Part shown: one piece after another, positions 11,007-20,000 of the stretch
Position numbering within the stretch: the stretch's first letter is position 1
Layout of the letters: each line of letters begins with the position of its first letter
Source of the DNA: Chiloscyllium plagiosum
Taxonomy: Eukaryota
Reading direction: 5' to 3'
Assembly: GCF_004010195.1 (NCBI RefSeq)
Contig: NC_057755.1
Location: 7,989,034 to 8,009,033, forward strand
Length of the DNA stretch: 20,000 nucleotides
Notes under the pieces: generated by a model
The model's input: the letters and a program-made list of their open reading frames with translations, nothing else
Database searches by the model: none
What the model was told of the DNA's origin: nothing
Position numbers and translations under genes: made by a program

Positions 11007-11942
11007 ACAACACAGAGTGACCGTGTAGAGGCTGATAGCCAATTTCGATAACCATTAGGATGGCATCAGTCAGGACATTGGGTTAATTTCAGGTGACCCC
11101 AATCCAGTATACACACACACTCACAAACAAGTATGCATCCACACCTGCGCACTCACTTTTTCGTAATCACACACTCACGCAGACCCTTTCTCATCGCCAT
11201 GTACACTTTCAGGCACATATACACACACAGTGCCCCACTCACACCATGCACACGCCGTCTCATAGCCATTTACAATATTAAAAACACGCACACAATCTAT
11301 CAAGTAAACACACGCAGTCACACTCTCCCTTTCTGTCTCCCTCTCTCACTCTCTCTTTCTCTTTCTCTCCCTCCCTCTCTCACTTGCATGCACACACACA
11401 TTGAAGTCTACGGGCTGAATTTACATTTGTAGAATTGTATTCGCAGATGCATTCGATTTTGCACAAAAACACACACAAAATCTGCAGGCAGTCAATCCAT
11501 GTCACAGTTTATAACTTCCTACTTTGGAAACAGGACCAGTCTGACCCAAGTTTGGAATACATACTGACTCTAACCTTATACCTTTAATGCTTTGTCTGAC
11601 CTGAGATGCCACCTTTTGTTTTGAGAAAACCTTAAGTTATCTCGTGAATGTGACTTGGAAGAAGTTATGGGATTTATGTATTAATGAATTAAAACCTGGA
11701 ACCTGATTTTAAAGATGAAAAGCTGAACAGCAATCTCGGTTTGTTCAACATATTGCACCAGTGTTTTACACTTTGTTTTTATAAATTCTATGTCTTATTT
11801 TCCGGCTCCACTAGCTATTTGACTTAGGAGCAGCATTCCAAAAGCTTGCACTTCCAAACGTACCTGTTGGACTATAACCTGGCGTTTTGTGATTTTTAAC
11901 TTTGACCACCCTGGTCCAAGATCAGCATCTCCACGTCTTCCG

Positions 11943-12247
11943 TGGGGCAAGGAACTGATAAACAACAAGATTGCATAATTTTTAATTTGAAAAGCAAGTG
12001 GTTTAAACTTGAGGGGAAGGCTTTCCCAAAGATACTAGTGAGTTAGTGAAATACAGTGCTTGGGAGGATAGCTGAGGCGAGAAACCTCAGAGTCTTAAAG
12101 CACTTGGATGAGCAAATGATGTGTCTTGTCGTTCGAGAATATGAGCCGAGCGCTGGAAGCTGAAATGAGTATCAGTTTGATGCAGCTTTGATCAGGTAAG
12201 TGTAATGACCCAACCTACCTCTTCTATGGCATAAGGTTCTGTGATTC
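11943..12247 (+). mobile_element. Decayed CR1 3' end
   Basis: ORF2 C-terminus-like sequence (ttaaagcacttggatgag) and a 3' UTR ending ttctgtgattc. Confidence 0.6.
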
Positions 12248-12294
12248 CAAGAATTGCTCCTGTGAAACACGTTGTAATATTAAATATTTTAATG

Positions 12295-12488
12295 ATAAAT
12301 CAAAGAGCTGTGGATGCTGGAAACATGAACTGCAACAAAAACAGTTGGATAAAATCAACAGGTAAGGCCACATCTATTGACAGAAAAAGGGAGTTAACTT
12401 TTCGTATCCAGAATCCCTCTTCTTTAGAACATATTTTTCTGATGAAGCGTCACTGGACTCAAAACCTTAACTCAGTTTTCTCCGCAGA
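12295..12488. mobile_element. Old Penelope-derived fold-back element with decayed hammerhead motifs
   Basis: The left end gctgtggatgctggaa matches the reverse complement of the 10967-11006 tail. ctgatgaagcgtcactggactcaaaa at 12439-12464 has an inverted remnant at ~12393-12430. Confidence 0.65.
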
Positions 12489-12537
12489 AAAGACCATACA
12501 TTTCAAATAAGGACAGGTGTTCCTTTCTTAACGGAGA

Positions 12538-14072
12538 TTGAGAACAATACAGCGGCCCTTCGGCCATCGATATTGCGCTGACTTGTGAACTGTTCCCATC
12601 TCGTCCCCACTACACTGTCCCATCATCATCCATGTGCTCGTCCAAGGATTGTTTAAATCTCCTGAGTGTGGCTGAGTTAACTACATTGGCAAGCTGGGCA
12701 TGCCATGCCCATACCACTCTCTGAGTAAAGAACCTGCCTCAGACATCTGTCTTAAATCTATCCTCCCTCAATTTGTAGTGATGCCTCCTCGTACAAGTTG
12801 ACATCATCATCCCAGGAAAAAAGACTTTTACTGTCTTCCCTATCTAAACCTCTGATCATCTTGTATGTCTCTATCAAATCCCCTGTTAGCCTTCTTCTTT
12901 CCAATAAGAACAGACCCAATTCTCTCAGCCTTCCCTCATAAGACATTCCCTCCAGACCAGACAGCATCCTGGTCAATCTCCTCTGCACCTTTTCCAATGC
13001 TACCACATCATTCCCGAAATATGGAGAGCAGAGATGTACAGAATATTACAACTGTGGCCGCAGTTGCAGGATGATATTGTGGCTCCAGAACTGAATCCCT
13101 CTAGCAATGAAACCTAACAAACCGTATGTCTTCTTAGTAGCACTATCAACCTGGGTGGCAACTTTCAGGGATCTATGTACATGGAGTCCAAGATTCCTCT
13201 GCACATCCACACTACGAAAAATCTTTCCATTAACCCAGTACTCTGCCTTCCTGTTATTCTTCCCAAAGTGCATTACCTCACATTTAGCTGCATTGAAATC
13301 CATTTGCCACATCTCAGCCCATTACATTTTTTTTTTACATTACATTACATTACAGTGTGGAAACAGGCCCTTCGGCCCAACAAGTCCACATCGACCCGCC
13401 GAAGCGCAACCCACCCATACCCCTACATTTACCCCTTACCTAACACTGCGGGCAATTTAGCATGGCCAATTCACCTGACCTGCACATCTTTGGACTGTGG
13501 GAGGAAACCGGAGCACCTGGAGGAAACCCACGCAGACACGGGGAGAACGTGCAAACTCCACACAGTCAGTCGCCTGAGGCGGGAATTGAACAGTCAGTCG
13601 CCTCAGGCGCTGTGAGGCAGCAGTGCTAACCACTGTGCCACCGTGCCGCCCAATTCTGCAGTTTATCCACGTCCCCCTGCAACCAGTAGCATTCTTCCAA
13701 ACTGTCATCTGAAAATTTACTAATCCACCCACCTATGCCTGCGCCTAAATCATTTATAAAAATGATAAACAGCAGTTGTCACAAAACAGATCCTTGTGGC
13801 ACACCATTAGTAACCGGATTCCAGGCTGAATATTTTCCAAGAACCACCACTCGCTGCCTTTTTTCAGAAAGCCGGTTTGTAGTCCAAACTGCTCAATCAC
13901 CATCAATCCCCTGCCTCTACAGTTTTTCCAACAGCGTACCATGTGGAACCTTATCAAAAGCTTGACTGAAGTTCATGTATACCATGTCAACTGCCCTACC
14001 CTCTTGTACATGCTTGGTCACCTTCTCAAAAAAACCTCATTGAGGTTTATAAGATATGACCTGCCCTTGACA
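12538..14072 (-). mobile_element. CR1 LINE, RT C-terminal half and 3' UTR (interrupted by SINE)
   Basis: Minus-strand ORFs WQMDFNAAKCEVMHFGKNN... and ALEKVQRRLTRMLSGLEGMSYEGRLRELGLFLLERRRLTGDLIETYKMIRGLD are typical CR1 ORF2 C-terminus. DFSQAFDKVPHG-like at ~13940-13975. 3' stem ggcccttcggcc at ~12553. Confidence 0.93.
13322..13651 (-). mobile_element. tRNA-derived SINE (HE1 / V-SINE type)
   Basis: 5' GGGCGGCACGGTGGCACAGTGG (A box), GTTCAATTCC (B box), V-domain-like TTTGCACGTTCTCCCCGTGTCTGCGTGGGTTTCCTCC, CR1-like 3' end gggccgaagggcctgtttccacactg and (TGTAA)n tail. gccca on both sides (13317-13321, 13648-13652). Confidence 0.92.
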
Positions 14073-14074
14073 AC

Positions 14075-14263
14075 TGCCCTTCATTGACAAATACATAGCT
14101 TTTGTTAAGGGCTCTCACTGAGTCAGACATTCAGTATCTCTATATCCCTGACATTCAACCTTTCATGTCGGTCAGGCCTCTCTAATTGGCCCTGATAAAC
14201 AGGCCCAATCAGCGAACCCATAGCCTATGAGGTGCAGCTGGCTGACCTCATTACAATAACTAC
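14075..14263 (-). mobile_element. Partial solo-LTR-like element, same family as 2653-2871
   Basis: Shared core taaacaggcccaa and terminus ctcattacaataactaca (minus strand starts TGTAG). Confidence 0.5.
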
Positions 14264-14473
14264 AGGGAGAAGATGCGATGCCTTCCTGAAAGTAGAATTT
14301 TGCAAGTCGGGCAAGAGATCGAAAAAGCTTATCCCCGGGTTACTCCGATGCTCATTAGGTGGAGGAATGTGAGAATGGAAACGGTGGTTGTGCGGCAATG
14401 GTCTTTGTATGTCTCGACTATTGGCGAGATTTCTCGGGCTGGTGCGATCTGAAAACAGTGGAAATGTGGATTT

Positions 14474-14485
14474 CCTTTATATAGG
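14474..14485 (-). promoter_or_regulatory. Candidate TATA box (CCTATATAAAGG)
   Basis: Strong TATA consensus in apparently non-repeat DNA, pointing toward the GPCR exon. No transcript evidence. Confidence 0.25.
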
Positions 14486-15557
14486 ACGTGGATAGGTACT
14501 CTTCAAAGGAGACGTCCCCTAGTCATCGCCGAACATTACTCAAAACCCTCAAAGATTGGGGAAAGTGTAATCAAACTCCGTTTGGAGTACAATGAAGCTG
14601 GCCACGTGAAAGAGAAAAGGAACAGATTCACAAGATTGTCGTGCTTCAGTATCCTTGACTTGAGGTAAACCCTTCTTTCACATGCCTCATAAATTCAAGA
14701 ACAGAGTTCTTTCTGAAGTGTTACTTTGTGATTTTCAGGAGATCCTTAATAACGCACCAGTTAACAGATACAGTTATTGTTCAATCGTCAACTGTTTTCT
14801 GATGATGCGTGCATTCTTTGGATGGAAACAGACTGGAAGAATACATCAATATCTTGATCTGTTTACAAGTGGCCAAGAACATAAAGCGACAATGCACAAT
14901 TAGAAGGACTAATCAATCACATCTCACAGCATTGAATTGACACAAGAGCACACATCAAAGCATGCAGCCATTTATTAGCCCTCCTTCAAAAATCATGGGC
15001 GCACTTCTACCACAGGAAACTGTCATGCCGAACACGTTTTCTACAGAATGGGATCACGGTGAATGCATTTCCATTGAACACACGCAACAAGTGGATGACT
15101 TGAACCAGGTAGTTGTATGTTTGTTACCACATCTCAGGACTCAATCAAAACACAAATATAACAATTCATCTAGCGTTTGGTAGAACAAGATGCAGTTTCC
15201 TGGTAAAATTATATTGTACCTGCGGAATAAATGCTACCTTACCAATCAAATTTCAAGGAATCAAATGCATCACTGAATTACAGTGGTCTAAGCTCCTGCT
15301 TTCCATGACACAGGACCATTCTCTACCTTGTTCCAGCCCTTGCTGCATCCTTCACTCTTTCATCATTCGCAATCTCACCTTCCTATCCTTGCGCCCTCGC
15401 ACTGTCCTCTCCCTTTCTTACCAACTTCTGCCTCTTGGAAGCTTACAGCTGTAACACCATAACGTAGGAGCAGAATTAGACCATTCTAGTCTGTTCTGAC
15501 TTTTGATTATGGCTGGTATGATTCTCAAACCCATTTTCTTGTGTTCTCTCCTAAAGC

Positions 15558-16134
15558 GATGACAGAAAGAGAACAAAGTGCAGATGATGGAGAGGCAGGA
15601 TCAAAAACTGTGGCACTTGAAAAGCACAGCAGGTCAGGAAGTCTGGGAGGAGCTGGAGAATCGACATTTCGGGCATAAGCTCTTCATCAGGAATGTGGCA
15701 GGGTAGGGAGTGGAGGAATGGTGTTGAGAGAGAAAAAGAAGAGTAAGATAAGATAATAGGGAGAAGAAGATAATAGGGAATGCTATAGATGTGTGCAGTT
15801 GGGAGGTGATTGTGATAATTCAGTCAGGAAAGAGCACAAAACCTGGGAAGGCAGCAAAGTTAAGAGGGGTTGCAAAACATGGAGTTGCACCTTCCCACTT
15901 TCCTCTCCACTTTCCCCAAAGACCTATTACAATCATACCCATACCTACATCCACCTAGCCTTCCAAGTTAACTTCTCCCCACCCCGAACCTCCTCTTTTT
16001 CTCTCAGCCACCTTCCCCTCGTCCCGACACCCCTGCACACATTTCTGATTAATGGCTTATGCCCGAATCATTGACTGTGCTGCTCCTCCGATGCTGCCGG
16101 ACCTGGTGATGTTTTCCAGGGTGACACTTTTTGA
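15558..16134. mobile_element. Penelope-derived inverted-repeat element with hammerhead motifs in both arms
   Basis: Arms ~15600-15695 and ~16040-16134 are diverged reverse complements, with a purine-rich then pyrimidine-rich interior. Degenerate 16-bp TSD tgttctctcctaaagc (15542-15557) / tgttttctccttaagc (16135-16150). Confidence 0.75.
15661..15692 (-). ncRNA. Minimal type I hammerhead ribozyme motif (near-intact)
   Basis: Minus strand CTGATGA-A-GAGC-ttat-GCCC-GAAA-T-GTC; one mismatch in stem II and C>T in stem III. Confidence 0.6.
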
Positions 16135-16536
16135 TGTTTTCTCCTTAAGCATTGATCCCTTTATTTATCAAGAGACTATATATCTTTGTTTTAAATACAC
16201 TCAATGACATGCCATTCACTTCCATGTCTGGCAATGAGGTCTGCAGTTTCACCAGGCATTGGCTGAAGAATTTCCTCGACCCCTCAGTTTGATTGGATTT
16301 CCACTTCATTCTGAGACTGTGCTGTTGCATCCTCGTCGTTCCTAGGAATGGCTCCATCTTCTTTATTTCCACGCTATACGGGCCTGTCAGTATTCTGTAA
16401 GTTTCAGTCTTTCCCTCTCTCATCCATCTGCACTCCATCGAGTATGGACCCAGAGCTGGAAACTGCTCCTCTTATGAATGGCCTGCATCTCCAGCATCAT
16501 TCTTGTCCAACTTCTCTGGACCGCGTTCAACACTCG

Positions 16537-17187
16537 TACTATGCCCCAGGTCCCTCCCCCTCAAAATATTTCGTGAAAGTATCCTAGACTTTGCTATATG
16601 TTTTAAGCAGGCGCCAGGCACATATTCTCGGAGTGGTGCAGCTGGTCAAATCACTTTAACCAAAACAGATTTTATTTACAAGATTACCGAATGAAGCTCA
16701 AACAAAAGAGAAGAGAATATAAAATAACTTAACGCATCCGAAAATCCAGCAGGTTACCCCAACTAAATGATGCTGTTCCAAATACTTGCAACAATCCCCA
16801 TAAACGCTCCTAAGCAACCAAGAAAAAAAAATCAAACACATCTTCTTTCGGGAAAGATTTCTAAGAGAGGACTGATCAGCATGAATCTGCTTTTTGGGTC
16901 TTGCAGCGTCAAGTTCTGTCTGGTGAAACCAAACCAAACCAGAGAAAAGCTAAACTGGGTGAATTGGTTGCACCCATTTCCTTGAACAAGTGTTTTCTTT
17001 AAACTAGAAAGCCTTTTACCTGAGGCAGTGTCTGGTATGTAAAATGAAATCGGCCCTAAAGACCTTATAACCTAGACCTTTCAGAATCACGGCTTTTATA
17101 GTCTCTGAAAAGAAAACCAAGGACAGTATAACCTTCAGAATCACTGCTTTTATAGTCTCCAAAAAGAAAATCAAGGACATCATCACA
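16537..17187 (-). mobile_element. Solo-LTR-like insertion (~650 bp)
   Basis: Interrupts the CR1. The minus strand begins TGTGATG, with AATAAA (plus tttatt ~16671-16676) about 135 bp from the 3' end. No clear TSD. Confidence 0.5.
17078..17180. repeat. 54-bp tandem duplication within the LTR-like element
   Basis: tcagaatcac.gcttttatagtctc..aaagaaaa.caaggaca starts at 17081 and 17135. Confidence 0.85.
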
Positions 17188-18589
17188 CGAGTCCATCCTT
17201 CCTTCGACACGGGATGCAAAACTGCTCACACTGTCCCAATGCAGTCAGAACAGAGCTTAGCAGAGTTTCTGCGTCTCTTGTATTCTTGCCCTCTTGAAAG
17301 GAATCTCACTTGGCTTCCTGACTTGTAAGTAAACCTGCATGTTACTATTTAGCAGATCCTGAACGTTGACCCCCAAGACGCTTTGCACTTCAGAACTCTG
17401 AACCATTCGCCTTTTAGAAAGTAATGCTGTCACCTCATTCTACCAGTACCACTGCACCCTCCTCCTGTCCCGCTTCTACTCTGTCACAGCAGAAAACCCC
17501 TGGCGCCGTCTTCACCTTTGTTAATCTGCCAGTCATCTGTAGAACCTGTACGGGTAGTGATAGAAAATAGAACGAACAGTAAATACAGGTAAGGTTTGTC
17601 TATGGACCCAAAAGAGTACTAGAGATACGTTAAGGCTAAAACAGGGGACATGCAGTGTTCGGCTACAAACATGCTGACGTTAATGTATATATAGGTTGGA
17701 TAAACCAAACTAGCTATAATGTTGTGGAAGATAATTTGCTTAAGTCCATATGCGATTCTGTTTTGGACCAATGCATTGGGGAAGAAATGAGTAAACACGT
17801 TTTTCTGATTCGGTGGTAGGAGCAGGTTGTTGTGCAACGAGATGGTATTAATTAATAATCTTATTGTGTTGGGGGTAAGCATAAGATGCTAGAATTATTT
17901 CTTGTTATAGAGAATGAAGAAATTTAATCAAAAATGAAGATCCGCAGTCTAAATAAACATAAAAAGAAAGGATTGATTCATAAATTGCCAATTATTGATT
18001 GAGGAACGTTAATAAAAGCTTTGGATAAGTGATGGGTAATATATCAGAAATGTACGAATGTGTTACAACAGTTGTTCTTTCCCCTCCTGTGCATAAATAA
18101 AACAAACAAGTTGACAGTAGGGAACTGTACCTGACTCCATGGGGTGTCAGACCGGGAAGCTTGCAGATTTCCACTAGCTTGACCTGCGACAGAAAAAAAC
18201 AAATCTGCCCTTAAGTGGACAGACTTCCCTGCTTGTGGCCAAATGAGTCTACATACATGAAATGTCTATTACAAGTCTGTTCATATATAATTATGTATAC
18301 TTTCAATACACAATAATATTTACATAAAACAACCAGAGCTTTAATGCACAACAATATTTATACATGAACACAAACAGATCCAACGCACAATGATATTTAT
18401 GTTTAAACTGAAACAGTTTCACTCCATATATCATTTTTATTTACCAATACGAAGAGTTCCAATATATTACAACACTTACATAAAGACACAAAGTTCTCCA
18501 ACACACGACAAAATATAGTAAATTATTCATAAATATGTATGGACATATATATTTGTAATAAACTGCTTATGCAATATTAAATATTGCAT

Positions 18590-19045
18590 ACAAGAATGAT
18601 TATACGGTGTAAATCAGTGTACTGTATCCAGATTTGCAGATGATACAAAATAGTGGGAAGGCAAGTTGCAAGGGGGATACAAACAGTTTTCAGAGAGATA
18701 TTGTATGATAAAGTAAGTGTGCAAAATTTTGTCAAGTAGAATATAACGTAGTAAAATGTGGATTTGAACATTTTGGGAGTTCGAGCAAAAGAGCAAAGTA
18801 ATATATAAATAGAGAAAATAAACTGGAGGAAGCTGCAACATGAAGGGACTTGAGCGCAAATGTGCACAAAACACAAAAAGAAAGCACACCGGTGCAGTAG
18901 GGAATTGGGAAGGCTAATAGACTATTGCTCTTTATTGCAAGGACGTCGGAGGAAAAGAGGAGAAAATACGTACTGCCACTTTTGAAGGTGAAAGTGCGAC
19001 TACATATGGCATACTGTGAGTAGTTTCGGTCTTTTTTTTAGGGAA
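18590..19045 (+). mobile_element. Decayed CR1 RT fragment
   Basis: tttgcagatgatacaaaa = FADDTK (~18633), then QRDI, KC...FG, KAN.LL.FIAR and VR.H..YC-like remnants. Confidence 0.8.
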
Positions 19046-19505
19046 AGCAGAAACATGCAACATTTATGTATAATACAAACAAGAACAACTCTAAATAATA
19101 TTTAAATATAGACACAAATATCTCCAGTAAGCATTCATACCTTAGTACAAAAACCTACAACAAACAGTAATAGTTACATAATAGCACAAACATTTCTTTC
19201 TTAATACATGAAACACTTGGAAAAAGTTGCTAAAGCATTCACAATCATGTAGATGAACCTACGGTGCAAATTGATATCGTAAGGACTTTAAACTAATTGA
19301 AGTGGATGACGGTTCAGGAGACATCATCAACATTTCTAGAACAAGTAAATAGAACAGAGACTATGGAGAGGGGCAGGAATTTAACTTCAGGCTAAGTAGA
19401 TAAGGGGATAACAATGACAAGGCAGGCAGTCAATGAAAGACTCAGGCTATTGCAGTAGATCAGTCAACATAAACAGGCGAGGAGAAGAGGTTGAGTAACG
19501 GGTAA

Positions 19506-20000
19506 GGGGTAAGTAACGGGGCTCAGGTCTCTGGCACGGAGCCTGTCCCCGTTACTCAGAAGGGAAGGGTGAAGAAGAGCAGAGCAGTAGTAATTGGGGA
19601 CTCGATAGTTCGTGGCACAGATAGGCGGTTTTGTGGGAACGAGAGAGACTCACGTTTGGTATGTTGCCTCCCAGGTGCAAGGGTACGTGATGTCTCTGAT
19701 CGTGTTTTCCGGGTCCTGGAGGGGGAGGGGGAGCAGCCCGAAGTCGTGGTCCACATTGGCACCAACGACATAGGTAGGAGGAGTGCAGAGGATGTTAGAC
19801 AGGCTTTCAGGGAGCTAGGTTGGAAGATCAGAGTTAGAACGAACAGAGTTGTTGTCTCTGGCTTGTTACCCGTGCCACGTGATAGAGATTCGAGGAATAG
19901 GGAAAGAGAACACTTAAATGCGTGGCTACAGGGATGGTGCAGGAGGGAGGGATTCCGGTTTTTGGATAACTGGGGTTCCTTCTGGGGACGGTGGGACCTC
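19506..20000 (+). mobile_element. Young 5'-truncated CR1 LINE, ORF1 SGNH/GDSL esterase domain (open to the window end)
   Basis: Uninterrupted frame 19506-20000: ...RAVVIGDSIVRGTDRRFCG...CCLPGARVRDV...VVVHIGTNDIG...VVVSGLLP...LNAWLQGWCRREGFRFLDNWGSFWGRWDL. Contains SGNH blocks I (GDS), II (PGA) and III (GTND). CpGs are retained. Confidence 0.93.

Larger units (their letters stand above)
10631..11938 (+). mobile_element. Inverted second arm of the Penelope-like element (GIY-YIG C-terminus + 3' pLTR)
   Basis: About 11100-11938 is a diverged reverse complement of 8430-9230 (e.g. tgttggactataacctgg vs ccaggtgagagtccaaca). 10690-10784 and 11007-11085 encode VG.HF...RLIANF-like remnants. Confidence 0.8.
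15456..17445 (-). mobile_element. Decayed CR1 3' portion split by two insertions
   Basis: 3' UTR-like sequence at 15456-15557, resuming at 16135. ORF 16145-16438 (ETYRILTG...KFFSQ..VKL..SLP...SLSVFKTKI..LLINKGI) is a CR1 ORF2 C-terminus. CR1-like sequence resumes at ~17188-17445. Confidence 0.75.

Noticed and set aside
13570..13651. tRNA gene
   Set aside because: The A and B boxes belong to the SINE head and continue into the SINE body; no intact cloverleaf.
13175..13732. 146-aa and 91-aa ORFs
   Set aside because: Chance read-through of SINE and CR1 sequence.
17490..17588. Plus-strand 99-nt candidate exon (cag acceptor, CAG|GTAAGG donor)
   Set aside because: No partner exons or recognisable homology, and it overlaps the competing minus-strand candidate; unsupported without RNA data.
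19240..19490. Possible older CR1 ORF1-end / inter-ORF fragment (ggactttaaactaa)
   Set aside because: Too degenerate to call from one short motif.

Overview
Eukaryotic, repeat-dense DNA, very probably from a shark or other cartilaginous fish (HE1/V-SINE-type SINE, CR1 LINEs, Penelope-like elements, GPR139-like receptor); the taxon is inferred from these families. The only recognisable host gene is the large 7TM coding exon of a GPR139-like class A GPCR on the minus strand (splice acceptor at 7886/7887). It has a frameshift in a T9 homopolymer at the end of TM7, and its first exon was not identified. The rest is nested mobile DNA: several decayed CR1 ORF2 fragments, a young 5'-truncated CR1 with an open SGNH-esterase ORF1 running off the right edge, a 3.5-kb Penelope-like element (RT + GIY-YIG) in inverted arrangement, short Penelope-derived fold-back elements, solo-LTR-like inserts, a tRNA-derived SINE and simple repeats. 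The most notable hidden signal is a set of minimal type I hammerhead ribozyme motifs in the Penelope-related repeats. One lies at the axis of a young 181-bp near-perfect palindrome and carries the compensatory U3-A8 core variant. All family assignments are by eye and from recalled motifs; no searches were run.
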